NCBI RefSeq assembly: GCF_003334335.1
Contig: NZ_QOWQ01000002.1
Source: Escherichia coli
GTDB taxonomy: Bacteria > Pseudomonadota > Gammaproteobacteria > Enterobacterales > Enterobacteriaceae
DNA: 64,000 nucleotides
Direction: 5' to 3' (one strand)
Positions 11,908-22,613 of this stretch are shown one piece after another. The notes under the pieces are model-generated. The model was not told the DNA's origin. It ran no database searches and saw only the letters and a list, made by a program, of their open reading frames with translations. A program made the position numbers and the translations under genes. Every line of letters starts with the position of its first letter. Position 1 is the stretch's first letter.

Positions 11908-13038
11908 ATGTTCCAGTTATCCGTACAGGACATCCATCCGGGCGAAAAGGCCGGAGACAAAGAAGAGGCGATTCGCCAGGTCGCTGCGGCGCTGGTGCAG
12001 GCCGGTAATGTAGCAGAAGGCTACGTCAATGGCATGCTGGCGCGCGAACAGCAAACCTCAACGTTCCTCGGCAATGGTATTGCTATTCCACACGGCACTA
12101 CCGACACCCGCGATCAGGTGCTGAAAACCGGCGTTCAGGTATTTCAGTTCCCGGAAGGCGTCACCTGGGGTGACGGTCAGGTAGCGTACGTGGCAATCGG
12201 TATTGCTGCCAGCTCGGATGAACATCTGGGCCTGCTACGCCAGCTGACCCACGTACTGAGCGATGATTCCGTTGCTGAACAACTGAAGTCAGCAACAACA
12301 GCAGAAGAACTTCGCGCATTACTGATGGGCGAAAAGCAGAGTGAGCAGCTGAAGCTCGACAACGAAATGCTGACACTGGATATCGTCGCCAGCGATCTGC
12401 TGACTCTTCAGGCGCTGAACGCTGCGCGTCTGAAAGAGGCGGGGGCAGTTGACGCCACTTTCGTCACCAAAGCCATCAATGAACAACCGCTGAATCTCGG
12501 ACAGGGTATCTGGCTGAGCGATAGCGCCGAAGGCAATCTGCGTAGCGCGATTGCGGTAAGCCGTGCGGCAAATGCTTTTGATGTGGACGGCGAAACGGCA
12601 GCCATGCTGGTGAGTGTGGCGATGAATGACGATCAGCCCATCGCGGTTCTTAAGCGTCTCGCTGATTTATTGCTCGACAATAAAGCTGACCGCTTGCTGA
12701 AAGCGGATGCGGCAACGTTGCTGGCGCTGCTGACCAGCGATGATGCGCCGACCGACGACGTGTTAAGCGCGGAGTTTGTGGTGCGCAATGAACACGGCCT
12801 GCATGCTCGTCCAGGTACCATGCTGGTCAATACCATTAAACAATTTAACAGTGATATTACCGTGACAAACCTTGATGGTACCGGCAAACCGGCAAACGGA
12901 CGTAGTCTGATGAAAGTTGTGGCACTTGGCGTTAAGAAAGGTCATCGCCTACGCTTTACCGCCCAGGGTGCAGATGCTGAACAGGCGCTGAAAGCAATCG
13001 GCGACGCTATCGCTGCTGGTCTTGGGGAGGGCGCATAA
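11908..13038 (+). CDS. fruB: Fructose PTS multiphosphoryl transfer protein FruB (EIIA-M-HPr-like FPr)
   Basis: 376 aa; N-terminal EIIA and C-terminal HPr-like domain (GLHARPG); RBS agaggag. Confidence 0.95.
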
Positions 13039-13976
13039 TGAGCAGACGTGTTGCTACTATCACCCTTAATCCGGCTTATGACCTTGTTGGTTTCTGCCCG
13101 GAAATTGAACGCGGCGAAGTGAACCTGGTGAAAACCACCGGTCTGCATGCGGCGGGTAAAGGCATCAACGTGGCCAAAGTATTAAAAGACCTGGGAATTG
13201 ATGTCACCGTTGGCGGCTTCCTGGGTAAAGACAATCAGGATGGTTTTCAGCAACTGTTCAGCGAGCTGGGCATTGCCAACCGTTTCCAGGTTGTACAGGG
13301 GCGCACCCGAATTAACGTTAAGCTGACGGAAAAAGACGGCGAAGTGACCGACTTCAACTTCTCGGGTTTTGAAGTCACCCCCGCCGACTGGGAACGCTTT
13401 GTGACTGATTCTCTGAGCTGGCTCGGTCAGTTCGATATGGTCTGTGTCAGCGGAAGCTTACCGTCAGGCGTCAGCCCGGAAGCGTTCACCGACTGGATGA
13501 CTCGCCTGCGTAGTCAGTGTCCTTGCATTATCTTTGATAGTAGCCGTGAAGCGTTAGTAGCAGGTTTGAAAGCGGCACCGTGGCTGGTGAAACCTAACCG
13601 CCGCGAGCTGGAAATCTGGGCAGGCCGTAAACTGCCTGAAATGAAAGATGTGATTGAAGCTGCACATGCGCTACGTGAACAAGGCATCGCGCATGTTGTT
13701 ATTTCACTGGGTGCCGAAGGCGCGCTTTGGGTTAATGCCTCCGGCGAATGGATCGCCAAACCACCGTCAGTCGATGTCGTAAGCACCGTTGGCGCAGGGG
13801 ATTCTATGGTTGGTGGCCTGATTTATGGCTTGCTGATGCGTGAATCCAGTGAACACACACTGCGTCTGGCGACAGCTGTTGCAGCCCTGGCGGTAAGTCA
13901 AAGCAATGTGGGTATTACCGATCGTCCGCAGTTGGCCGCAATGATGGCGCGCGTCGACTTACAACCTTTTAACTGA
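13038..13976 (+). CDS. fruK: 1-phosphofructokinase FruK
   Basis: 312 aa PfkB-family kinase (GAGDSMVGG); start overlaps fruB stop. Confidence 0.95.
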   Translation: MSRRVATITLNPAYDLVGFCPEIERGEVNLVKTTGLHAAGKGINVAKVLKDLGIDVTVGGFLGKDNQDGFQQLFSELGIANRFQVVQGRTRINVKLTEKDGEVTDFNFSGFEVTPADWERFVTDSLSWLGQFDMVCVSGSLPSGVSPEAFTDWMTRLRSQCPCIIFDSSREALVAGLKAAPWLVKPNRRELEIWAGRKLPEMKDVIEAAHALREQGIAHVVISLGAEGALWVNASGEWIAKPPSVDVVSTVGAGDSMVGGLIYGLLMRESSEHTLRLATAVAALAVSQSNVGITDRPQLAAMMARVDLQPFN

Positions 13977-13992
13977 CAGCAGGAGAGGCATA

Positions 13993-15684
13993 ATGAAAAC
14001 GCTGCTGATTATTGACGCTAATCTCGGTCAGGCACGCGCCTATATGGCGAAGACCCTGCTGGGCGCGGCGGCGCGAAAAGCAAAACTGGAAATCATCGAC
14101 AATCCGAACGACGCTGAAATGGCGATTGTTCTCGGTGATTCCATCCCGAACGACAGCGCGCTGAACGGTAAAAATGTCTGGCTGGGCGATATTTCCCGGG
14201 CAGTTGCGCACCCTGAGCTGTTCCTGAGTGAAGCCAAAGGCCATGCGAAACCTTACACTGCGCCGGTCGCTGCGACAGCACCAGTTGCCGCCAGCGGTCC
14301 GAAACGCGTAGTTGCGGTGACTGCTTGCCCGACTGGCGTAGCACACACCTTTATGGCGGCTGAAGCCATTGAAACCGAAGCGAAAAAACGTGGCTGGTGG
14401 GTGAAAGTTGAAACCCGTGGTTCTGTTGGCGCGGGTAATGCAATCACTCCCGAAGAAGTCGCAGCAGCGGATCTGGTGATTGTGGCGGCAGATATCGAAG
14501 TGGATCTGGCGAAATTTGCTGGTAAACCGATGTATCGTACCTCTACCGGTCTGGCGCTGAAGAAAACCGCGCAGGAACTGGATAAAGCGGTTGCTGAAGC
14601 AACGCCGTATGAACCGGCGGGCAAAGCTCAAACGGCGACCACTGAAAGTAAGAAAGAGAGTGCAGGCGCATACCGTCACTTGCTGACGGGCGTTTCTTAC
14701 ATGCTGCCGATGGTCGTTGCAGGTGGTCTGTGTATCGCGCTTTCTTTTGCTTTTGGTATCGAAGCGTTTAAAGAGCCGGGTACGTTGGCTGCGGCGCTGA
14801 TGCAGATTGGTGGTGGTTCAGCCTTTGCGCTGATGGTGCCGGTACTGGCAGGTTATATTGCCTTTTCCATTGCCGATCGTCCGGGCCTCACTCCGGGTCT
14901 GATTGGCGGTATGCTGGCGGTCAGCACCGGTTCTGGCTTCATTGGTGGTATTATTGCGGGCTTCCTGGCTGGTTACATTGCGAAGTTAATCAGTACGCAA
15001 TTGAAACTGCCACAGAGTATGGAGGCGCTGAAACCGATCCTGATCATTCCGCTAATTTCCAGTCTGGTGGTCGGTCTGGCGATGATCTACCTGATCGGTA
15101 AACCAGTTGCTGGCATTCTCGAAGGGCTGACTCACTGGCTGCAGACCATGGGGACTGCGAATGCGGTTCTGCTGGGGGCGATCCTCGGTGGCATGATGTG
15201 TACTGACATGGGCGGTCCGGTAAACAAAGCAGCGTACGCATTCGGTGTGGGTCTGCTGAGTACTCAAACCTATGGCCCGATGGCGGCGATTATGGCGGCA
15301 GGTATGGTGCCACCGCTGGCAATGGGTCTGGCAACAATGGTGGCGCGTCGCAAATTCGACAAAGCGCAGCAGGAAGGTGGCAAAGCCGCTCTGGTATTGG
15401 GACTGTGCTTCATTTCGGAAGGTGCAATTCCGTTTGCTGCTCGTGATCCGATGCGTGTGCTGCCGTGCTGTATCGTGGGTGGGGCGCTGACTGGCGCAAT
15501 CTCAATGGCGATTGGTGCGAAACTGATGGCACCGCACGGTGGTCTGTTTGTTCTGCTGATCCCTGGCGCTATTACGCCGGTATTGGGTTACCTAGTAGCA
15601 ATTATTGCCGGTACGCTGGTGGCGGGTTTGGCCTATGCCTTCCTGAAACGTCCGGAAGTGGACGCAGTAGCGAAAGCAGCGTAA
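13993..15684 (+). CDS. fruA: Fructose PTS permease EIIB'BC FruA
   Basis: 563 aa with PTS EIIB and EIIC features. Confidence 0.95.
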   Translation: MKTLLIIDANLGQARAYMAKTLLGAAARKAKLEIIDNPNDAEMAIVLGDSIPNDSALNGKNVWLGDISRAVAHPELFLSEAKGHAKPYTAPVAATAPVAASGPKRVVAVTACPTGVAHTFMAAEAIETEAKKRGWWVKVETRGSVGAGNAITPEEVAAADLVIVAADIEVDLAKFAGKPMYRTSTGLALKKTAQELDKAVAEATPYEPAGKAQTATTESKKESAGAYRHLLTGVSYMLPMVVAGGLCIALSFAFGIEAFKEPGTLAAALMQIGGGSAFALMVPVLAGYIAFSIADRPGLTPGLIGGMLAVSTGSGFIGGIIAGFLAGYIAKLISTQLKLPQSMEALKPILIIPLISSLVVGLAMIYLIGKPVAGILEGLTHWLQTMGTANAVLLGAILGGMMCTDMGGPVNKAAYAFGVGLLSTQTYGPMAAIMAAGMVPPLAMGLATMVARRKFDKAQQEGGKAALVLGLCFISEGAIPFAARDPMRVLPCCIVGGALTGAISMAIGAKLMAPHGGLFVLLIPGAITPVLGYLVAIIAGTLVAGLAYAFLKRPEVDAVAKAA

Positions 15685-15841
15685 TAAAAGGTGTGTTACA
15701 GGGCAGAAATTTCCTGTCCTGTAACATTTGATGAGCGCAAAGAGAATGACCGGTTTGTGAATGTAATTTTATGAATTTAAATGGTTTTATCTTTCAGTAG
15801 AAACTTCAAACGTTCATCAAACACTCAGGTTATTTCCTCAA

Positions 15842-15870
15842 GGGCAGATTATTTTCTGCCCTTTTTTATT
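15842..15870 (+). terminator. Rho-independent terminator, probable end of fruBKA transcript
   Basis: gggcagattattttctgcccttttttatt: 7-bp GC stem plus T-run. Confidence 0.55.
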
Positions 15871-16106
15871 GTTCTGTTCTGTGCATCCCGTCACAAATTC
15901 CTCGCTTTTGTAATTCAGGCATTTAATCGCATTTTGTGAGCCTGCTCAAATCTGCCCATTTTGCCTCTCTGGCGGTAATTTACTTTACGTAAAACATGCA
16001 TACTATGAGCACATGTTTAAATATGAACACATGTTTAAACCGTCTTTGCAGTATCTATATTCTTGTGGATTGACAGGGTTGGTAATTTTTTACCAGAGGA
16101 CGTGCT

Positions 16107-17048
16107 ATGCGCGAAAAGGATTATGTCGTAATTATAGGTTCGGCGAATATTGATGTCGCCGGATATTCACATGAATCATTAAATTATGCGGATTCAAATC
16201 CAGGTAAAATAAAATTTACGCCTGGTGGAGTAGGGCGCAATATTGCACAAAACCTGGCGTTGCTGGGTAACAAAGCCTGGCTACTGAGCGCCGTAGGCAG
16301 TGATTTTTATGGTCAATCGCTGCTAACGCAAACCAATCAATCTGGCGTTTATGTCGATAAATGCCTGATTGTGCCGGGAGAAAATACGTCGAGTTATTTA
16401 TCATTACTCGATAATACCGGTGAAATGCTGGTTGCTATAAATGACATGAATATTAGCAACGCTATTACAGCTGAATATCTCGCACAGCACGGTGAATTTA
16501 TTCAGAGGGCAAAGGTCATTGTCGCGGACTGTAATATCAGTGAAGAGGCACTGGCATGGATTCTGGATAATGCCGCCAACGTACCCGTATTTGTCGATCC
16601 GGTTTCGGCATGGAAATGTGTCAAAGTGCGCGACCGTCTAAATCAGATCCACACTCTCAAGCCAAACCGCCTTGAAGCGGAAACCCTGAGTGGGATTGCG
16701 CTGTCAGGGCGTGAAGATGTGGCAAAAGTTGCTGCCTGGTTCCATCAACATGGCCTGAACCGACTGGTATTGAGCATGGGCGGCGACGGCGTTTATTACA
16801 GCGATATCAGCGGTGAAAGTGGCTGGTCTGCGCCGATCAAAACCAATGTTATTAATGTTACCGGAGCGGGCGATGCCATGATGGCGGGACTTGCTTCGTG
16901 TTGGGTAGACGGAATGCCGTTTGCCGAATCTGTTCGTTTCGCACAGGGATGTTCGTCAATGGCGCTCTCCTGTGAATACACCAATAACCCCGATTTATCG
17001 ATTGCCAACGTTATATCGTTAGTGGAGAACGCAGAATGTCTGAATTAA
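16107..17048 (+). CDS. psuK: Pseudouridine kinase PsuK (YeiC), PfkB family
   Basis: 313 aa PfkB-type kinase (GAGDAMMAG); synteny with psuG. Confidence 0.9.
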   Translation: MREKDYVVIIGSANIDVAGYSHESLNYADSNPGKIKFTPGGVGRNIAQNLALLGNKAWLLSAVGSDFYGQSLLTQTNQSGVYVDKCLIVPGENTSSYLSLLDNTGEMLVAINDMNISNAITAEYLAQHGEFIQRAKVIVADCNISEEALAWILDNAANVPVFVDPVSAWKCVKVRDRLNQIHTLKPNRLEAETLSGIALSGREDVAKVAAWFHQHGLNRLVLSMGGDGVYYSDISGESGWSAPIKTNVINVTGAGDAMMAGLASCWVDGMPFAESVRFAQGCSSMALSCEYTNNPDLSIANVISLVENAECLN

Positions 17049-17974
17049 AAATTTCCCCTGAATTATTACAAATTTCCCCGGAAGTGCAGGACGCTTTAAA
17101 AAACAAAAAACCGGTTGTGGCGCTGGAATCGACCATTATTTCTCACGGGATGCCGTTCCCACAAAATGCCCAGACCGCAATTGAAGTTGAAGAAACTATT
17201 CGTAAACAGGGCGCTGTACCTGCCACGATCGCCATTATTGGCGGCGTGATGAAAGTGGGGTTAAGCAAAGAAGAAATTGAATTACTGGGTCGTGAAGGGC
17301 ATAACGTGACCAAAGTTAGTCGTCGCGATTTACCTTTTGTTGTTGCCGCCGGAAAAAATGGCGCAACCACTGTGGCTTCAACGATGATTATTGCGGCGCT
17401 TGCCGGAATTAAAGTATTTGCCACCGGGGGAATTGGTGGTGTGCATCGCGGGGCGGAACATACCTTCGATATTTCTGCCGATTTGCAAGAACTGGCAAAT
17501 ACTAATGTCACCGTTGTTTGTGCCGGGGCGAAATCTATTCTCGATTTAGGATTAACCACTGAGTATTTAGAAACCTTCGGTGTGCCGTTAATTGGCTATC
17601 AGACTAAAGCGCTGCCTGCGTTTTTCTGCCGCACCAGCCCGTTTGACGTCAGCATTCGTCTCGACAGCGCCAGCGAAATTGCCCGTGCAATGGCGGTGAA
17701 ATGGCAAAGCGGTCTGAACGGTGGCCTCGTGGTAGCGAACCCGATCCCGGAACAGTTTGCTATGCCGGAACACACTATCAATGCGGCGATCGATCAGGCG
17801 GTAGCTGAAGCTGAAGCTCAGGGAGTCATTGGTAAAGAAAGTACGCCATTCCTGCTGGCGCGCGTTGCTGAACTGACCGGCGGTGACAGCCTGAAATCCA
17901 ACATCCAGCTGGTGTTCAACAACGCCATTCTGGCGAGCGAAATTGCCAAAGAATATCAGCGTCTCGCGGGTTAA
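17036..17974 (+). CDS. psuG: Pseudouridine-5'-phosphate glycosidase PsuG (YeiN)
   Basis: 312 aa; overlaps psuK stop; synteny. Confidence 0.9.
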   Translation: MSELKISPELLQISPEVQDALKNKKPVVALESTIISHGMPFPQNAQTAIEVEETIRKQGAVPATIAIIGGVMKVGLSKEEIELLGREGHNVTKVSRRDLPFVVAAGKNGATTVASTMIIAALAGIKVFATGGIGGVHRGAEHTFDISADLQELANTNVTVVCAGAKSILDLGLTTEYLETFGVPLIGYQTKALPAFFCRTSPFDVSIRLDSASEIARAMAVKWQSGLNGGLVVANPIPEQFAMPEHTINAAIDQAVAEAEAQGVIGKESTPFLLARVAELTGGDSLKSNIQLVFNNAILASEIAKEYQRLAG

Positions 17975-18067
17975 TTTCTGACGGGCAGAAAGCCGTCGCC
18001 CGTACTCATCAAGCATACCAAAACCTGGCGCTGACGCCGGGTTTACCGGCATGAAGGGAAAATCATT

Positions 18068-19317
18068 ATGGATATAATGAGAAGTGTTGTGGGGATGGTG
18101 GTGTTACTGGCAATAGCATTTCTGTTGTCAGTGAATAAAAAGAGCATCAGTTTGCGCACGGTTGGAGCCGCACTGCTGCTGCAAATCGCTATTGGTGGCA
18201 TCATGCTCTACTTCCCACCGGGAAAATGGGCAGTAGAACAGGCGGCATTAGGCGTTCATAAAGTGATGTCTTACAGTGATGCCGGTAGCGCCTTCATTTT
18301 TGGTTCGCTGGTTGGGCCGAAAATGGATGTCCTGTTTGACGGTGCGGGTTTTATCTTCGCCTTTCGCGTACTTCCGGCGATTATTTTCGTTACTGCGCTC
18401 ATCAGTCTGCTGTACTACATTGGCGTGATGGGGCTGCTGATTCGCATCCTTGGCAGCATTTTCCAGAAAGCCCTCAACATCAGCAAAATCGAATCTTTTG
18501 TTGCGGTTACTACTATTTTCCTCGGGCAAAATGAGATCCCGGCGATCGTTAAACCGTTTATCGATCGCATGAATCGCAACGAGTTGTTTACCGCAATTTG
18601 TAGCGGGATGGCGTCCATTGCTGGTTCGATGATGATTGGTTATGCCGGAATGGGCGTACCAATTGACTACCTGTTAGCGGCATCGCTGATGGCGATCCCT
18701 GGCGGGATTTTGTTTGCACGTATTCTTAGCCCGGCAACCGAGCCTTCGCAGGTCACATTTGAAAATCTGTCGTTCAGCGAAACGCCGCCAAAAAGCTTTA
18801 TCGAAGCGGCGGCGAGCGGTGCGATGACCGGGCTAAAAATCGCCGCGGTGTGGCGACGGTGGTAATGGCGTTTGTCGCAATTATTGCGCTGATCAACGGC
18901 ATTATCGGCGGAATTGGCGGCTGGTTTGGTTTCGCCAATGCCTCTCTGGAAAGTATTTTTGGCTATGTGCTGGCACCGCTGGCGTGGATCATGGGTGTGG
19001 ACTGGAGTGATGCCAATCTTGCGGGTAGCCTGATTGGGCAGAAACTGGCGATTAACGAATTCGTCGCTTACCTGAGTTTCTCCCCATACCTGCAAACGGG
19101 CGGCACGCTGGAAGTGAAAACCATTGCGATTATCTCCTTTGCGCTTTGTGGTTTTGCTAACTTTGGTTCTATCGGTGTTGTCGTTGGCGCATTTTCGGCT
19201 ATTTCGCCAAAACGCGCGCCGGAAATCGCCCAGCTTGGTTTACGGGCGCTGGCAGCAGCAACGCTTTCCAACCTGATGAGTGCGACTATTGCCGGGTTCT
19301 TTATTGGTCTGGCGTAA
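18068..19317 (+). pseudogene. psuT: Nucleoside transporter PsuT (YeiM, CNT family), frameshifted into 265-aa and 155-aa pieces
   Basis: Track ORFs 18068..18865 and 18850..19317 are consecutive frames of one CNT transporter; alignment with intact paralog nupX (21257..22507) shows one missing G in gccgcggtgtgg vs gccgcaggtgtgg near 18847. Confidence 0.65.
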
Positions 19318-19324
19318 TGCTCGA

Positions 19325-19373
19325 TTTGTAGACCGGATAAAACGTATTAAGCGTTGCATCCGGCAATCGCGCT
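19325..19373. repeat. REP (repetitive extragenic palindromic) element
   Basis: gtagaccggataaaacgtattaagcgttgcatccggca. Confidence 0.6.
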
Positions 19374-19387
19374 ATTGAAAATAATTT

Positions 19388-20047
19388 TTACTGCATCATC
19401 CCGGAGAATTTATTCTCCGGGTCCATCTCCAGCGCCAGTCCTGACAACTGCTTTCTGTTTTTAATGAGATACCCTTTCTTGCTTTTAATTAATAAACCGT
19501 CGTGAATGAACTGCGCGAGAACATATAAAAGATGTCGATAAGAAACGCCTAAATACTCTGCCGCTTGCGTATGCTTTTCGTGATAAAGATCACCTTCCTG
19601 CGAGAGTAATATAAATGCTGCCAGGCGATTCACTAACGGAAATGATTGATTCTGAGTTAAAGAAACAATATTACGATAATTTTTATGACTTAAGGTGACG
19701 CAGAGTTTTCGTAAAAATAGCGTGTCGTTTAATAACAGCGGACGGTAATGTTTCATAGGGAGCGCAAGGCACCAACACTCTTCAATAGCCTGCACCGCAC
19801 GCGGTTCATGGTCTTTATCGATTAACTCAATCTCGCCAATAAAACAGGGGGCGGCAAAGAAATCGATCAGCGACACGCGACCATTAGCTAGCGTGGCGTA
19901 AAGCCTGGCGCGGCCTCGCGTCAGGTAAAACAGCCAGGACGGCTGTTGCCCTTCCTGCACAATGTAGTCACGCGCTAAAAAATGAAACAGCCGCGTATCG
20001 GCTGAAACATCCGTTAAAAAGCAATCCTTAAACGCGGATTCACTCAT
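19388..20047 (-). CDS. yeiL: CRP/FNR-family transcriptional regulator YeiL
   Basis: ORF 19388..20086; likely start at internal Met (~219 aa); cNMP-binding fold plus C-terminal HTH. Confidence 0.85.
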
Positions 20048-20215
20048 CAATTGCTGCTTAAGATCATTATTGTGGATTTCTTTCACGATGTTTATCCGCT
20101 ATGAGATTTCTCATATTTAGCATACGTACGCTGTTGTTAAGATTCAATCATCGGCCCGGTCGAATTTTCTTTGCTGTAGAAAAAATAACGCAACTGGAAA
20201 CAGAGGAAATAAACA

Positions 20216-21157
20216 ATGGAAAAGAGAAAAATTATTCTGGATTGTGATCCGGGTCATGATGATGCTATTGCTATAATGATGGCGGCGAAACATCCGGCAA
20301 TAGATTTATTAGGCATCACTATTGTAGCGGGTAATCAGACGCTTGATAAAACATTAATTAATGGCCTGAATGTTTGCCAGAAACTGGAGATTAATGTTCC
20401 GGTTTATGCGGGGATGCCGCAGCCCATTATGCGTCAACAAATCGTTGCCGATAATATTCACGGTGAAACCGGACTGGATGGCCCGGTATTCGAGCCGCTG
20501 ACCCGCCAGGCAGAAAGCACTCATGCGGTGAAATATATCATTGATACCCTGATGGCAAGCGATGGCGATATCACTCTGGTGCCGGTTGGTCCGCTTTCAA
20601 ATATCGCGGTGGCAATGCGTATGCAACCCGCGATCCTGCCCAAAATCCGTGAAATTGTGCTAATGGGCGGCGCTTACGGTACAGGCAACTTCACGCCATC
20701 TGCCGAGTTCAACATCTTTGCCGACCCGGAAGCCGCACGCGTAGTGTTCACCTCCGGCGTTCCATTAGTGATGATGGGCCTCGATCTCACCAACCAGACC
20801 GTTTGCACCCCGGACGTGATTGCTCGGATGGAAAGGGCAGGCGGCCCCGCCGGAGAGCTGTTCAGCGACATCATGAACTTCACTCTCAAAACGCAGTTCG
20901 AAAACTACGGCCTTGCTGGCGGCCCGGTGCACGACGCCACCTGCATCGGTTATCTGATTAACCCTGATGGCATTAAAACCCAGGAGATGTACGTCGAAGT
21001 GGACGTCAACAGTGGCCCTTGCTATGGGCGTACCGTCTGCGACGAGCTGGGCGTTCTTGGCAAGCCCGCCAATACCAAAGTCGGCATCACTATTGATACA
21101 GACTGGTTCTGGGGATTAGTCGAAGAGTGCGTGCGCGGCTACATCAAAACCCATTAA
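20216..21157 (+). CDS. rihB: Pyrimidine-specific ribonucleoside hydrolase RihB
   Basis: 313 aa; IU-nucleoside hydrolase signature DCDPGHDDA. Confidence 0.92.
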   Translation: MEKRKIILDCDPGHDDAIAIMMAAKHPAIDLLGITIVAGNQTLDKTLINGLNVCQKLEINVPVYAGMPQPIMRQQIVADNIHGETGLDGPVFEPLTRQAESTHAVKYIIDTLMASDGDITLVPVGPLSNIAVAMRMQPAILPKIREIVLMGGAYGTGNFTPSAEFNIFADPEAARVVFTSGVPLVMMGLDLTNQTVCTPDVIARMERAGGPAGELFSDIMNFTLKTQFENYGLAGGPVHDATCIGYLINPDGIKTQEMYVEVDVNSGPCYGRTVCDELGVLGKPANTKVGITIDTDWFWGLVEECVRGYIKTH

Positions 21158-21256
21158 GTGTTGATAACAAGCCGGGCCGGTATCGCAAGATGCAGGCCTG
21201 GCTATTTCTGATGGGCAGAAAGCCGTCGCCCAATATGACATGAAGAGATAATCACT

Positions 21257-22507
21257 ATGGATGTCATGAGAAGTGTTCTGGGAATGGTGGTATTGCTGAC
21301 GATTGCGTTTTTACTGTCAGTAAACAAGAAGAAGATCAGCCTGCGTACCGTTGGCGCGGCGTTAGTGTTACAGGTCGTGATTGGCGGCATTATGCTTTGG
21401 TTACCGCCAGGGCGTTGGGTCGCTGAAAAAGTCGCTTTTGGCGTGCATAAAGTGATGGCGTACAGCGACGCGGGTAGCGCATTTATCTTCGGTTCTCTGG
21501 TCGGACCGAAAATGGATACCTTATTTGATGGTGCAGGATTTATCTTTGGTTTCAGGGTGTTACCGGCAATTATCTTCGTCACCGCGCTGGTGAGTATTCT
21601 CTACTACATCGGTGTGATGGGGATTTTAATTCGAATTCTCGGCGGTATCTTCCAGAAAGCATTAAATATCAGCAAGATCGAGTCATTCGTCGCGGTCACC
21701 ACCATTTTCCTCGGGCAAAACGAAATTCCGGCAATCGTCAAACCCTTTATCGATCGTCTGAATCGCAATGAATTATTTACAGCGATTTGTAGTGGCATGG
21801 CCTCGATTGCTGGTTCGACAATGATTGGTTACGCCGCACTGGGCGTGCCTGTGGAATATCTGCTGGCGGCATCATTAATGGCGATCCCTGGCGGGATCTT
21901 GTTTGCCCGCCTGTTAAGCCCGGCAACGGAATCTTCGCAGGTTTCCTTTAATAACCTCTCTTTCACCGAAACACCGCCAAAAAGCATTATTGAAGCCGCT
22001 GCGACAGGGGCAATGACCGGGCTGAAAATCGCCGCAGGTGTGGCAACAGTGGTGATGGCATTTGTTGCAATAATTGCGTTGATTAACGGTATTATCGGCG
22101 GCGTTGGTGGCTGGTTTGGTTTTGAACATGCCTCGCTGGAGTCCATTTTAGGTTACCTGCTGGCTCCACTGGCGTGGGTGATGGGTGTGGACTGGAGTGA
22201 TGCGAATCTTGCCGGGAGTTTGATTGGACAGAAACTGGCAATAAATGAATTTGTCGCTTATCTCAATTTCTCACCCTATCTGCAAACGGCTGGCACTCTC
22301 GATGCTAAAACTGTGGCGATTATTTCCTTCGCGTTGTGCGGTTTCGCTAACTTTGGTTCTATCGGGGTGGTGGTGGGGGCGTTTTCTGCGGTTGCGCCAC
22401 ACCGTGCGCCGGAAATCGCCCAGCTTGGTTTACGGGCGCTGGCGGCGGCGACGCTTTCCAACTTGATGAGTGCGACCATTGCCGGGTTCTTTATTGGTTT
22501 AGCTTGA
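21257..22507 (+). CDS. nupX: Nucleoside permease NupX (CNT family)
   Basis: 416 aa; intact paralog of psuT. Confidence 0.92.
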   Translation: MDVMRSVLGMVVLLTIAFLLSVNKKKISLRTVGAALVLQVVIGGIMLWLPPGRWVAEKVAFGVHKVMAYSDAGSAFIFGSLVGPKMDTLFDGAGFIFGFRVLPAIIFVTALVSILYYIGVMGILIRILGGIFQKALNISKIESFVAVTTIFLGQNEIPAIVKPFIDRLNRNELFTAICSGMASIAGSTMIGYAALGVPVEYLLAASLMAIPGGILFARLLSPATESSQVSFNNLSFTETPPKSIIEAAATGAMTGLKIAAGVATVVMAFVAIIALINGIIGGVGGWFGFEHASLESILGYLLAPLAWVMGVDWSDANLAGSLIGQKLAINEFVAYLNFSPYLQTAGTLDAKTVAIISFALCGFANFGSIGVVVGAFSAVAPHRAPEIAQLGLRALAAATLSNLMSATIAGFFIGLA

Positions 22508-22515
22508 GTGTCATT

Positions 22516-22610
22516 GCCTGATGCGCAAGCTTATCAGGCCTACATTTACTTGCTGAAATTGCCTGATTTGTAGGCCGGATAAGACGCGTTAAGCGTCGCA
22601 TCCGGCAACA
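22516..22610. repeat. REP elements (two units)
   Basis: gcctgatgcgcaagcttatcaggcctaca and gtaggccggataagacgcgttaagcgtcgcatccggca. Confidence 0.65.
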
Positions 22611-22613
22611 TTG

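Noticed and set aside
13969-14679. 236-aa minus-strand ORF overlapping the fruK end and fruA start
   Set aside because: Antisense to the fruBKA operon; Arg/Cys/Phe-rich product typical of a non-coding frame.
18068-19317. Programmed ribosomal frameshift in psuT
   Set aside because: No slippery heptamer or stimulatory structure is evident, and the paralog nupX is encoded in one frame; a simple 1-bp deletion or sequencing error is more parsimonious.
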